Below the pieces are notes generated by a model. It saw only the letters and a list, made by a program, of their open reading frames with translations. It had not been told where the DNA came from and searched no databases. The position numbers and the translations under genes were made by a program. Shown piece after piece: positions 1-14,403 of a stretch of 64,000 nt of DNA. Positions within the stretch are counted from its first letter, which is position 1. Every line of letters starts with the position of its first letter. Source of the DNA: Felis catus (lineage: Eukaryota); NCBI RefSeq assembly GCF_018350175.1, contig NC_058368.1:126854001-126918000 (forward strand). Reading direction: 5' to 3'.

Positions 1-240
1 AGAATGGCTATACCAGTCTGCACGTCCATTAGCAATGTCTGCAGGCTCCAATTCCTCCACAGCCTTGCTAATGCTTTGTGTTATTTAAGTTTGTAATTTT
101 TGCCAATGTCAAGTGACCCATTTGTATTTGCCATTCCATGATTATTAGTGTTTATATAATTGTTCATATACTTGCTAGCCATTTGGGTTTTCCTTTCTGT
201 CAATTTCCTCTTCATAACCTTTTCCCACTTTCTAATCTAC
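1..240 (-). mobile_element. Old L1 (L1M-type) fragment
   Basis: Antisense L1-like text such as 'gccattccatgattattagtg...cttgctagccatttgggttttcctttctgt'. Confidence 0.6.
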
Positions 241-1799
241 TCTTGACATGAATTCATGTTGGTTTTAGTCACTTCTGTTCATGATCCTTCAAGGCAGAAA
301 TCCTTAGCACCTTATTCATTGAGACTCTATAGCCATTTAATATCAGTTTCCTCATTGGTCTGCAACCCATATTAATTCCCACAACTTGGGGCTCCCCCTA
401 CCCCAGTGCCCCTGACGTTCCCAGCATCACTGAGCTGCCAAGTATCCTCAGCTTCCAGTAACTCTACTGGGGAGCCAAGTCTCCACCCTCTCATTCCCCT
501 TCACTCTATATTTTAGTTCCCATACCTAAATATGGCCGTCAAATGGCCGTCAAATGACCCTCTTCCTTTCTGGTACACTTTTTTGCTTCCTCTGCAGTTA
601 AGGAGCAGAGGGGAACAGGATGGATTTGGATTATGCAGCGAGAGGATAACACTTAAGACTTCAACATTTGGAAATAAAATTTGGATGAAAATGTAAATGA
701 CAGACCTGTAAGGTTCTTCCTGATTCCAAACAGTCCAACTCTTTAGAGTACATGTGGGAATTTACAGAAATTTTCTTGTCAAACCAAGAGGTTTCCATTA
801 GCTGTATTTCTTATTTTCAGCTTACTTTTTATTGATATTCTCACCAAAGGGCTATTCTCCCTCTGGATTTGTTAACACTTGTCTGCAGCTTAGCAAAGCC
901 TACCCCCATTTACAGTAGGAGGCCATGAAAGTTGTCAAAACTGTATTTTTTCTTTACAGTAACCTGGGAGAATGCCAGCCCACAAAAGTCAGTGCAAAAA
1001 AATCCATTCAGCCATACAGAGAAAAATAATTTAAAAGAGCTTACCAACTAACAAACCAAGCAGGGAATAAAGCTGATTTCTTTCCTGGAATATAAAGAGG
1101 AAGGATGTACCACCTCTGTGTCCCTTGGTGTTGACCAGGGGACTTTATGATACAACAGTTTCTTAGCTGTCGCTTTTGGCCCTAAAAATAGTTCACTGTT
1201 ACGGCACTCAATTCAGTAGTCAATACACACAATATCTTGACCTTTTCTTTTCCACCACACCTGCTTGGGAAAAGTCCAACACTGGATTAATTCAGCCATG
1301 CTCCTTCTCTGCTCCCACAGAGAAGTACTCCTGCTGAGCCCCTCTGGCAAAGGTCATACCATGGTGCTGACTGAAGCTCTCGGCAAATCCATGGTCTCCA
1401 ACCACATCTGGGGTTTCATCACTGCCTGGCAATCTTCCCATGATCTGTAGATTGCACCATTATCCCAAAGACACTCTTTCAGACTTTCCTCTATCTTTTA
1501 GGTCACTTTCTTGAAGTTCACTTCTTCCTTCACTCTCAACACGTCCTAACCTCCTTCTTGACAGAGGATAAGGCACAGGAAAACTCCATCAACTTCATAT
1601 CCTCCCTCCTTCTATTCATCTGTATTTCATCCACCTTTTTGACCTTCCGTAGGGCAGTGTCCAGTGACTTCTCCTGCTACATGTTTCTACCTTTGTCGAC
1701 AACTCTCAGCTGCATCAGAACCAAGTCAGACACTCGGCCCCAGCATCCAGTCACCCATGAACTTCTGTTGCTTCTCCTTCTTTAATATTGAAACTGTTA

Positions 1800-2350
1800 C
1801 AGAAATGTAAAGATAGATGGAAATTAAGGTGGACACATTCACGCTTCAGAAGGCTTGACTTTAAATGGCACAAATTTTAATTTTCCTCATTCTTGAAGCC
1901 TCCCTTCACTTGTTTTTCTATAGAATCCTTTTGTTCCAGGAACTTGGTATCCATAGTGACATCTTGCTGACTTCAGTGTGTCCCTAGTAATGAGACTTGG
2001 ATGGCCAGTGCCAGTCATGAGCCCATCTTGAAGACATCACGAATGTGGCTGGCAGCATGGACCAGTTTCGTAATGAAACTGCCCAGATTCTGTATTTTCC
2101 TATAAAGCCTTTCAGCCTTTGACCCTGAACGGGTCTGCGATTTTGAAGGCATTAGCCTGCTGTGGCATCCTTTGCCTGGCAAAGTAATAAAGCTATTGTT
2201 CTTCTTTATCCCCAAACCCTCTGTCTTTGTGTTACATTTCAGCTCTGGAGCACAGAGGTCAGTTTTCTTCTCTTCTCTTCTCTTTTCTCTTTCCTCTCCA
2301 CTCCTCTTTCTTCTCCTGCCTCCTCTTTTTGGTTCTAGCCAAAAGTTCAA
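1800..2350 (+). mobile_element. ERV-type solo LTR (carnivore LTR-like; boundaries approximate)
   Basis: TATA-like ctataaag at about 2100, followed by the U3-R-like 'cctttgcctggcaaagtAATAAAgctatt' at about 2186. Confidence 0.55.
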
Positions 2351-3423
2351 CAATGAGCATGTGCTCCTTTTTAAATTCCTTTTGTAGTTAGAAGTGTGTC
2401 GTGGACGCAAATGGAAGTGCTTGTGTAATGCACTCGCGTGGCAGTGGAAGGTGGTGGGGGAGGTGACACTAGTGTAGAATATCGTTTGTGCCCACTCAGT
2501 ATCCTTTCTGCCCTCCTAGAGCAAGAGTAGACCTTATACTGGGCATGTAAGCATGAAAGGCTGTTGTAGAAGCCAAGCGTCATCTGTGGCCTCTCTCCCC
2601 ACCTCCCCCACCCATCTCTCTGTCTCTTTCACACACAGCAAAGAACTGCGTGGGCTGCATGTGAAGGGGGTGCAGACAGGAAAATGATAGGGATTTTCCA
2701 TGCATTTGAAAAACTGTGTGGGAATACGTTCTTTCATACCAAGTGAAAAGCGATGCAAAAGGCAAGCCTGTTGTGAATGGTGCATGAGGGGAGGATCTCT
2801 CGGATGTTCTTAGTGTGTACAAATGAAACACACCCACAAGCCCCTGAGCAGCCTCCAAATCTCCAAGTGCACTGGCACTAAACTAAATTCAAAGGCTATT
2901 GGGTTCTGACAGTATGTTCTGGCCTCCCCCAAACAGTGATATAACAAACACTTCATACAACTGCCAATGAGGAAATAATCACCAAGGATTGCTAACACTA
3001 AGCAGAAGCAAACAAAGTTGCAAATGAAGGGTTATAGGTACAAGACAAAAATATTTTCATCTGGCATTTGGAGGAACTGGAGTTGAAAAACAAATGAGTT
3101 GGGAGTGCGGGCAGGGAAGGCTCCCAAATTTAGGGGAGATTATCAGGTGAATAAGCTGTCTGCAAATAGGCTATCCACATTAATGTATAAATTCAAAGTC
3201 ATCCAACCCATTACAATCTTTTGGTTTTGTCTTCCAGGAAGCCAACAGTACTGCTCTCATTTTCCAAGGTGAGTCTTCCAGGAGGATGGAACGGAGAATC
3301 CGTCCATATGCATATATCTGGGGCTTCCCCTCAGAGTCATCTGCTTGCCCAACTATTTAAGAAACTCAAATTCTCTACTGAAGAATCGTTCAAATAGGGT
3401 AATATAAAAATACAACTTTTCAT

Positions 3424-3598
3424 GGGGTGCCTGTGCAGCTCAGTCGGTTGAATGTCTGAATCTTGATTTTGATTCAGGTCGTGGTCCCAGAGTCTTTGGA
3501 TTGAGCCCCACTCAGAGTGTGGAACTTTCTTGGGATTCTCTCTCTCTCCCTCGGCCCTCTCCCTGACCTGTGTGCTCTCTCTCAAACAAACAAACAAA
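3424..3598 (+). mobile_element. CAN-SINE (tRNA-derived, older subfamily)
   Basis: ggggtgcctgtgcagctcagtcggtt head, (CT)n, A-rich tail, TSD aacttttcat. Confidence 0.9.
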
Positions 3599-4349
3599 CT
3601 TTTCATATTAAACATTTTATAAACTTACCTGCTATGTACCCTTTCTGAAGAAACCACTAGTACATTAGCTACATCAAACTAAGCTAAATAGGAGATACAC
3701 TAAGACAACTAAAAACATTAGGATTCAGGGACGGGAAGATAGGGACCAGAAAACAACTGTCCGGGAGGATGCTGAATATTCAAACACAGTAGTCAAGACT
3801 CAATCTCAAAGCCATATGCCTAGAGAATATTACCCCAGTTAGATCAGGCATGGGAGGCAATGAACGCCAAGGATTCCTTAGGTGTTCATCCACAATAGAA
3901 GGAGACTTGTTTCAATGGAGTGCATGGTGAAGAGTAATAAGGATGTTGAAAACTAAGGTAATAAAAAATGAAACAATTATTATCTCCGGGAAAGAAGCTA
4001 TACAAAAATGGAAATGCAGTTATAATAGACATGGATTGGTTGTAAATTGTTTTTGTAGGACTATAACAGTGCAAACTTTTAATAATAGTGTAATAATAAT
4101 GTAACCAAAACATGTGATACAATTAGAGTAGCAGACTTTAAGAGAGCATGTGAGGACAGGATCTGAGGGTAAATCCTCATCTGTGATAGTAACAGTCAGA
4201 AGATTATACCTAAAAATCAGAAAAGCAGGAAGTAGTGGTGCAAACAATTTGTTTATAAATGTGGCTCTAAGAGCAGGGAGGAAAAATAAAAGGGAGTCTA
4301 GGTGGTGGAAATCACAGTGCAGACAGGTAAAGGATTTCCTTTTGTTGAC

Positions 4350-4685
4350 TGTTATGGGTTGAACTGCGCCTGCCCCATCTATATGTTGAAGCCCTAACCC
4401 CCAAAACCTCAGAATGTGGCTGTATTTGGAGATAGAGTATATGAAGAGGTAAGGTCATATGAGTAGTACTAACCCAATTTGATCGGTATCCTGATAAGAG
4501 GGGCACATCCAGTAAGGACCACATTAAGTCATCTACAGGCTGAGAAGAGAGGCTTTAGGAGAAACCAAACCTGTGGACACATTGATCTGGAACTGCCAGC
4601 CCCCAGAACTGTGAGAAAATAAATGTCTGTTCTTTAAGCCATTCAGTCTGTTATTTTATTTTATTTTATTTTTAGGGAAGCTCAA
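4350..4685 (+). mobile_element. MLT1 (ERVL-MaLR) solo LTR
   Basis: 'tgttatgggttgaactg...atatgttgaagccctaaccccc...ccagaactgtgagaaaataaatgtctgttctttaagcca' are hallmark MLT1 motifs. Confidence 0.88.
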
Positions 4686-7029
4686 GCTTGCCACATCCTA
4701 ATGAACCACGTAAGAATTGGCTTTTTAAGCAATTTACAAAATTTTAAAAAAAGTTAAAAAAAATAAACGGAGCTCATATTAGTTGAATACTATGCCCAGC
4801 TGAATCATCTGAAAGCCATCTGAAAGCCAGGTGTGCCTCACTCCAGCCAAAGATTTCCCAGTTTCTTCTGTAGTCCGAAGAACATCACAAAAGACCTCAG
4901 TCCTTTTGTGTTGACAGCACTGGACCCTGGACCAGTATCTTGGGCCATCCCTTGGGAGATGCTATGCATCATTTCCACTTAGGCCCCACCACCATTCCCT
5001 GGCTGTGATCTGCTAAGCAACTCTGCAGGCGGGATTTGGAGGATAAAGAACTTCAAGGTCTCTTTGCTCATCAGCATACCCTTTTAATGCCACTGCCCAG
5101 CTCAAGGGCAGGCCTGGGAGTGATTCTGGAAGAAAGATTTAGCCCTTATACCTGGAGCCCGGAACTCAGTTTTCTTGAGATCTGCACTGATAGAAGAAAC
5201 ATTTTTCTCTTATAAAAGATAAAAAGTCCACATATGGTCATGATGCTAAGAACTTGAGCAAACAAGAGGAAGAATGAAATTACAAAATGCTCTAGGAGAA
5301 CTTACCCTTTTTCCCCAAGGCTCTCTGGGTTGAGGAAAGAGACAACACCACCATAAACGAAAGTCCACTAAATTAGTTACCTTACAGGTGTAACCACTCC
5401 AAAGGCAGCACCTAAAACACCTGGGCCTCTGCCGTGGCACCTGCATAGGGCTCCTTCATCAAGACAGGCCCGAAATCAGGGTATACTTTGCAATCGACCA
5501 GAACAATAGAAAATGGATTGTTTGGGAAGGTTCCATTAAATAATTCCACACCAAATCGAAAGCCCCCCCATATCTATCCTTGAAGTTAGATGGGACTGCC
5601 AGGACTTCTCCAGTAAACTGCTACCAGTTCTCACAAACAGCAAAAGGGAATCTAAAATTAATGAACCAAATTCTAGTAAGCACCGGGCTCCCCTTTCTGC
5701 TTTAAAACCACACTAACTCTGGAGCCTGCTGATAGAATTCTAGTAAACGTGACAGAAGCCAGCGAAAAGCATGTATTCTTAACCACAGTCAACTCACCTG
5801 GATCTCCACAGTGCCCAGTCCCAGTGGGAAGAGGAAGGTAAAGTTTCCAGTTCTCTCTTCCTCTGCAAGTCCTGACTGGTCGTCCATCCTGTCTCTCCCA
5901 GGAACAGCAACTGCCTTCTTGTTTCGTTTTGTGTTCCGAGAACTTAACTTGGCTGGACTATTACTTAAGTAAGCCATTCCTATAACGTTTTCTTCTCTGT
6001 ATTTCAAATAATAACCAGGACTTTTGTAGAGTGCAGAGCAGGAACAGACAATAGTCATAATCACCTCTTGTCTTTTTTTTTAAAGTGTAATTCCAGTGAA
6101 GAGTAAAAGAAGGAGGAAAGAGGAGTCTCTAAGGGTCAGTGGAGAGAGTGTCTCCAGGATCAGATAAAGGAGAGAACTTGTTTGCAGCAACTTGAGTAGG
6201 TAGTAGTGACGCATTAGAAGCGCATGCTCTTTTTAGACACCAAAACTACATAGTGAGTTTAAGGAAGTAGGGCCCCAAACCGGGGTTCCCAACCTCAGCA
6301 TATATACTGGTCTATCACATGCACAACGAAGAGGCGAAGGGCCAGGGACTCTAAGGAGTCACAGCTTACGCAACACAGAGGTCTGGTGCTCAGGCTCAGC
6401 TGTAGATGAGAGAAGCTTTAAGTTGGGAGGGAGGGGCTTGTGCTAATAAAGACAGAGATGGAAATTCCCAACACCCTGGGAAGACACAAAACACAAGTTA
6501 ATTAATTTAAATGAAACAGTGTTTCCTGCTCCCAAGTCTATGAACTAAGATTCAAACCCACTGCCCTGTGTTTGACCTTGAGTACTTGGAGACAGGAGAG
6601 TATCTGTGAGGGAAACAGCACCCAAATCAGAAAAGTTGTTAAAGCACAGGTGGAATTCTTTGAAAAGAGGCTCCATGGGTAAGCACATTCCCTCTGCAGG
6701 CAGAGTTCCAACATGGAAATGGATCCTCCCAGCCCCACCCCTGCCTCAGTGTAGTGTTTTGCTGTTTCAGGTTCATAGCTGTGGGTCTGAGGAAATGCCT
6801 CCAGGTCAAAGACGGAAACTCAGATGGGCTCAGCACACCCAAATTGGCCTAAATCAGCTTGGGGGAACAAGTGGGGAAATAAAGCTGTTCGTGTTCGGTC
6901 CCATAGTCTCACCTTGGAATCATAGACTCTGAGGAATTGAACTTGAGTTTAGACCAAGAATTCCCTGAAGGCACCTTTTGGCTATTGTCACTGTCATTCC
7001 TTGTGGTAGTGGGAGGAAATCAGTGAGGG

Positions 7030-10000
7030 GCTAAGCATATCATTCTATTTTATTATCCTTATTCTATTTGTTAGGTTTTGGGGGTTATCTGGGGATTAAA
7101 TTTTTGCTCATTTCTTTACTCTCACAAAAAATGTTTTTTGTTTGTTTTTTGTTTTTTGCCATTCAGAAAAAAAATGTGAGGAAGAGGCAAGAAGAGTTTT
7201 TGGTTAGCATTAAGATATAAAACTCTAAATTTTATTTATCTGGGATCTTAGCAAGCTCAAAACCAAAAACAACCAGAAAAATGTTATGGTCTCAGCGTTA
7301 AGAATTTCTCTAAGACCCCAAAATGTCTTATCACATTGAATTATATCCAGTATCAGTTTGGTGGCTATATTCAACAAATATCAAACACTTACTGTCCAAC
7401 AAGGCATGGGTTTACGTGTAAGAGATATACCAGTAAGCAGACTTTGCTCTCATGGAGCTATGTTCTGGTGAGAGAGACAGTGAACAAATACACAGATATA
7501 CACGTCAATTTATAATAAGCATTACAAAGGAAATAAAGCAGGGTAAGGGATAAAGAGTGTTGGGGGACCGCTGCCTTCCTTCCACTTTCTCTAGGGCTCT
7601 CAAGTCATTAGTACTTCAGACATTTACAAGTACAGTTAACGTGTCTGGACACCCTTCCGTCCTATCAACTCTCCCTTCTTGCCTGGTTACCTCTCACTAT
7701 GCTTCGGCACTGAGCCCCAAATCGCTTCCTTAAGGAAGCCTCCTTTGGCCCTCTGGAAGAAATCAAGTTTGGATTCCTGCTTAATCACAGTACCCGGGCT
7801 TCTTTGTTGTACGGTACACTTAATGATGATATGTGTTGGAAGTGTTCAATGCCTCCGTCCCCTCCAGAGTATGTGCTCATGAAAGCAGAAACTGGCTTGT
7901 TCTCTGTTGAATCCCTAGAACCTTGTCGTTGGGAGAGTATGTACCAAACAATTGTTAAATGTCTGAGTAACTCGGTATACCAGAACACTTCATTAAGCAG
8001 AGAAGTCCCCCTCCCAACCCTATTTGAAAACAGTGCTTCATCTTAGGGGCCATCTAAATAGTTTGGGCAATTCTCTCTGTAACAAAGTGAATCTACATAA
8101 TTTATTTGGTGTCACTGGATTATGAGTACTAACTTAATGCTACTATTCTCCTTGCATTTCATTTCATCCATCTTCAACATTCTTGGAAACCTGTGCTGAC
8201 TGGCCTACATTTTAAAATGAATAATCTTTTATTTGTAAAAGATTGAGTCATAAATAGGCAGAATCAACCCATGCTTTTATTTTCATTGCATATAAAAATT
8301 TCATATGAAGGTATTGATGTACAGTACTATCCCCATGGGCTGTAAAGAGGCTAAGAAACCACTAAAAGAATCATCATCATTTGTAATGCGCACACACAAT
8401 TTACCACTCTGAAAACATATCCTAAGAAATAAAATTAAAAACAACTAAAATCAGGAAGGATGTTTTTCATAATTATAGTGTCCCCTTTGTACTGTTTAAA
8501 ACAAAAGTAATCAAATTCCTTTGGGCCAGGGCTGCTAAAATCTACAGTTTGTGTCAAAAAAATAAAATAAAGTAATAGGAGGCTCATTTTTTCTAGAAAA
8601 AGAATCTCTCACTAAGTCACATGTTCTGAGGGCTGGGCAAGAGTGGGAGGCAGTTTCCATGCCACCCACTGGGAATTTTTCAACGCTTTTGGGAGTTGAC
8701 CACAACAACAAGGTTAACTTTTAAAATTCTACAGCCATAGAAGTTTTGCAGAAACAAATTCCAGAGAATGGCGAATCATTTTTGTGTGAACTGGCATCAT
8801 CTAAAAACTGTTTTACCTTTAGATTCACATACATATAGAAATTTGGTTGATCTTAGGTAAAGTCAAATTCCAGGGTTAAAAAAAAATGACCTTTTCATAT
8901 TACATTTTCTTTTCTTTTTCATATCACAAATTCTCCTAACATGACAGGAGCTGATGAATAAATGACTGACCATCACGTGTGACCTATGGCTCTAGTTTCA
9001 AATCAAGTTCATTTGCCTATGTGCTAAAGCAGTGAAAATGATTTTGTTATCATTGGACAAGAATATATTTTCCCAAGTAGTGTTTGAAAGTTAAAAAAAA
9101 AATAAAACAACAATCAGATGTAACTAACTGAAGTAGCTCCTGATGAAGAGATAGGAAGAAGAATCATTATATATCCAGTGCTGTTTCACAGCAAGAAGTA
9201 CTTAAAAGCTTGTAAGTCAGAAGGGTGTCAGAATCTTCCAGAGGTTGACTGTGGTTTTCTAAATTCCAGCTGTTGCCAGAAATCCAATTGGTTCAAAGCT
9301 TGGATGTAAAATGCCCAGCCCTAGCCCGCCCCCATTGCCTTACTTTCAAATGCAGCAAAACAGAAGAAAATATTGGTTAAAGTTAAGGCACAGCCCTGGG
9401 ACCAAAGACCTGCAGCTATGTTTTTTAAATTTATATATCTTTATGTATTTTATAGTTTTCTTGAATCTTCCATAAACAAGCTCTAAGGTGACAAGACTAT
9501 ATATATTACAGGAGAAAAGAAAATGTACAAGGAGTATGTATACACACCATTCATTCTCTCACCAAGAGTTTCCAAATATATCAACACCATCCCATCGTGG
9601 GATGATGTTTTAATAAGAACTGATAATTTACAATTAACATTACAGTATGTACATTACAATAAATACATGGTTGTAAACAGACAAACAAGACTGTATTACA
9701 GGTAAGGTCATTTGGTGAGAAAAAAAATGCATGGCACAAAAAATAAATAATGCATTCAAAAATTATCATAAAGCTTTCTGTAAAATCCATTTCATTCAAG
9801 TTTTTTTTTCCTTGTCTGCAATTTGTTCTATCTACATTATTTTCTTGTGAATTTTAAGTGATGTAAAAGAAAATTAAAACAGCATTATTGTGTTTAGTAA
9901 CTTGCAAGCTGAAATGTACTGGTTTTATGCAAACTTGGACTTTTTTTCCCCATACAGTACCCAGATATTGCATTTTCTTATGGCATTTTAGGAAATGTAA

Positions 10001-12733
10001 AGCCACTTGTAAAAGGATGTTCTCTGTAAAGCGGTGCATAATTCTGAAGCACACTTTGGCAAGAGAGAAGGGAAGAGAAAGAAGGGAGAGGATAAGCAGA
10101 CTGTACAGTGCATTAGTCTCTGTCTCTTGGATATTGCCTTTTCTACAATTTGATTGTCCATCGGTAAGTATCTTCACAACACGTGATCATTATAAACCAA
10201 CAAGTTGAAAACAAAACAACTCTGCTTTTCAATGCAGTTACAAATCCTTTCAGGTCCGGATTTGTGACATATTGCTACTTTTATTTTTTTCTATTATTAT
10301 CAAGATTTTAGGCACTCTGTGGGGGAAATACCAAGCAGTAGTGAGAGGAGGGAATGAGAATATTTTGGATAAAGGAATACACTCTAGATTGTTTGCCTTT
10401 TCTTCTAGACTTCCATCAAGAACAAATAAAACAAGTTTTCAACTGTTCTTCTGAAACCACTTGGCTAACCACAGGACTTTATTTGAAAGATTACTGATTT
10501 TTTTTCAGGGAAGAGGGTGGAAATCTGATCATTAATTAGTTGATTCCTGTTCTGCTCTAAGAACAGATCAGAGCTACAGAATTTTTCTGTCAGAAGTTCC
10601 CTGGTGGATCTCCGGGGATTCAAATAGGGACCATGTTTAGCTTGGGTCATTTCCCCTGGCTGATGACTTGGTTATTAGTCGCCAGAAGGCCCTTGAGAAA
10701 TCCCAAATATAAATGCTTTTCAGGGTTATAAGTTTTCTTGACTGTTTATTTTCCATAAATAATATCAATGTGAAAAATGACTATTTGGGCTCCAAATTCT
10801 TCATAGACAAGGCAAATACTTTACTAAGAGCTGGAATGGACAGAACATCCAGACTAGGTAAGTGCCCCGGGATGCCAATTGAAGGTAAATACTGGAAAGT
10901 AATCCCTAAAATTGTAATACATTTCTTGGTGCTAAATGCAGCCAAGAATTAGCTCTGTTACTTAGGTAGAATCTTCTTACCCATCCTAGTATTTTAGGGT
11001 GGCATTATATTACCAAACCTCTGGTGCCAGCAGCATCATCAACATCTTTCCCTTGGTGCATTTAATATTCTCCTCTACAAGACATACTTGTGGACCAGTG
11101 ATAACTGTGAGAGCAATTTCTACATTACGAGGCTATCCATTAAGGAAGAGTAGTTGCTACACTTAAGATCTCTTCTCAAGAATATTCCTCATATAGTTCT
11201 TAATCCCATGGTGAAATCATGGAAACAAAGAGCATTAGTTGTACTGGTGTTTGTTAATATACTCTGCTAATATTTTTAAAAATTACCTAGCTAGCTGTTA
11301 ACTTTTCTGTGTAAATCAAGAGTTAAAGTTAGGCATTATATTTGGCCTTGTGGTAGAAATAAATGGTGACTCTAGCCTGACTACCTGCTACTTTTCATCA
11401 CTCAGAATGGTGGTGATATATTTGATAAGACCCCATCTAGTGAACATGGACAGAGATTCAAACACACACTAAATAATAAAGCAGCACAAGGGGAAAAAAG
11501 TTCTTACTACAACTGACTGTGAAAACAATAGAAATGACCATAAAATGTGAGGGTTATTACAAAGACATGCACTTGTGAAATGAGGGTCTATTGACACAGC
11601 AAAAAGTTATCAGAAGACACTAAGTAGGAAAATACCTAAAAAAGACCATTTTAGCTACTGTGTATTTATATATCTCTTACTTGCTTCAGACAACACCAAC
11701 TGATGATTGTTTATGAGGCTTAAGACACATTAGACAGAATGCACATCAAAGTATCACAGAACAAATATTCACTTTGTACACCGTGAAAAAAATATCAGTG
11801 AGAGCAACTCTGCTTATCTGAAAAGACTGAAATGAAAAGCAAAGTAAATGAAGACCTACAAAAAGGGTTTCCTGCAACATAAAATTGGTTTCTGTTTTAA
11901 AATATGGAAGTCATTGGTATATAAAACAATGAATCACTACAAATCAGTTAATTGCTATGAACTATAAGGTGCAAGTAAAATTCGTAAATTAGATTTATCC
12001 AGTGTAGCACAGATTTGTACTGAAAACTTGCAAGTTACTCCTTAGAAAAAAATAACCAGTGGCAGATGAAGTTCTGAACATAGTTTTTTAAATATAATAC
12101 CTCAGTACATTTAATAATAAAAGTAAGCTCTACAAAAAATCTGTTTTACATATCATACAAAATGTAGAGGTCAGTGCAGCTCAGTGAACCACACTATACA
12201 GTCATGTATCAGGAAGACTTGAAATTAGAAAATTATGCAATTTCTGTGGCTCATCTTCCTCCTGGTAACAGATTCATGCTGTGTCCTGTTCCTGACACAT
12301 TTGTTGCTTCATCCATGAGTTCACTCTGTCTGTGTAATGCCTTCTTTCTGCTGAAAATATTGCAAACAAATAAAAAGTAAAGAAACCCCAAATCATAACA
12401 ACTTTTGGGCTGCCCGATGAGCCACTCTACTGAAAACATTTTGCAGTTGATTTTCTCTTTGTCAGCTCTACCAAGCTGAAATCTTGTTAAAATGCTGTTC
12501 GTGAAGATGTCCCCCTTGCTCCGATGACATGGAGGTGAAAAAACTGGTTACAATATTCCTGAGCGCCAGACTGAGTAGTCAAGGTCAGTTTTGTTCAACA
12601 AACATCCTGGCAGATGACAGTGAGGTGTGACCATGGTTGTGGCATGTGACATGCACTTTGGAAACAATTTTTCTACTTAAATTAAAAAAAAACAAAACAA
12701 AACACAACAAAAGGCGTGAAAGTGTTTGCACTG
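7030..12733 (-). other. PDE4D: PDE4D 3' UTR (distal end uncertain, about 7.0-8.3 kb)
   Basis: Follows the stop codon; AU-rich, with no recognisable young repeats over 8.0-12.7 kb. Minus-strand AATAAA at 10745, 10478, 10280, 8276, 8228, 8101, 7231 and 7049; ATTAAA at 12110. Confidence 0.55.
7365..7565 (-). mobile_element. L2 3' end fragment
   Basis: 'ttcaacaaata...gctctcatggagctatgttctggtg...aaggaaataaagcagggtaaggg' is typical of antisense L2. Confidence 0.65.
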
Positions 12734-13150
<417 letters not shown>

Positions 13151-13853
13151 CTATTTAAAAACAATTCCGATTTGAGTATAAGACTTGGGACTATGAAACA
13201 ATGGAAAAGGTTAACTAGATTCTGCAAATATACCTGAGTATGTATCTATTTACATCAACTTATATATGTAACATAATTTACATTAAAATATAGCAAATAT
13301 AACATGGCCCACAAATATAACACTGAACACAAGACTTCTAACCTGAGTTTGGTAAAATGGTCACTATTTTAGGCAACAGACCATATAAAAGTACTGTTAA
13401 TAGCTGGTGAAAATTAGCAAGAATTCTTATTTCAGGAGTATGTTTATACTGTAAAAATTCCATTTGTTTACATAGTAGGGTATCAGACCTGGCCTTTATT
13501 TTAGAATGGCCAATTTATAGGTGAATCCAGACAACTGAAACCAGGCCAGGTACTCTTTGACTTCATATGACTGAATTCACTTATGAGTTCAGATAGCGGA
13601 AATTCTCTATATATGTATGCTCTATATGAAAACAGTCATAATGAAAGAATGTGATGTCATGAGAAATGTATATATGACCATATGAATTAAAATCATACGA
13701 ATGAGAGTTTTTTGGCTCATAAACACTAATATGAAATTGAGCCTTTCGAAAGAAAAATAATTTAAAAAACCCAATGAAATACTGTATGATGTGGATACAA
13801 AGCAATCAAACATTCAAGCTGGAGTTTTGTTTTCTCTGCAAACTTTATGCTTA

Positions 13854-14045
<192 letters not shown>

Positions 14046-14403
14046 CTAAAATAGACAAACGCTTTCTCTATTCAGCACCTGATGCTGTTTCTTTTTTTTT
14101 TTTCACTAGAAATTCACATTGGATGAATGTGACACTTAAAAATACAAGTAGTGTAAGATTCCTTCCAAACAGCTCAACTATATGTCTGTGTATGGTTCAC
14201 ACTTGTCTTAACAGCCCTAACTTCTGCCACTTCTACCATACCTAAATTTCGTAAGAAACAGTTCATGTGTGCATAGCTGATTAAATTTGGAGCTGCTTCA
14301 GTGGTTGGTTTTGTGAGAGGTTAGGGTTTTTTTTAATGCATATGCAAATGAAGAACCAATAGAATTTATCTGGCTAATTCTCAAGATTCAGAATTTGGTT
14401 ATT

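Noticed and set aside
2015..2410. 131-aa minus-strand ORF
   Set aside because: Lies in an LTR-like element and low-complexity CT sequence.
531..4830. 11-bp tandem duplications at about 531-555 and 4807-4830
   Set aside because: Trivial two-copy slippage events, not a spaced array.
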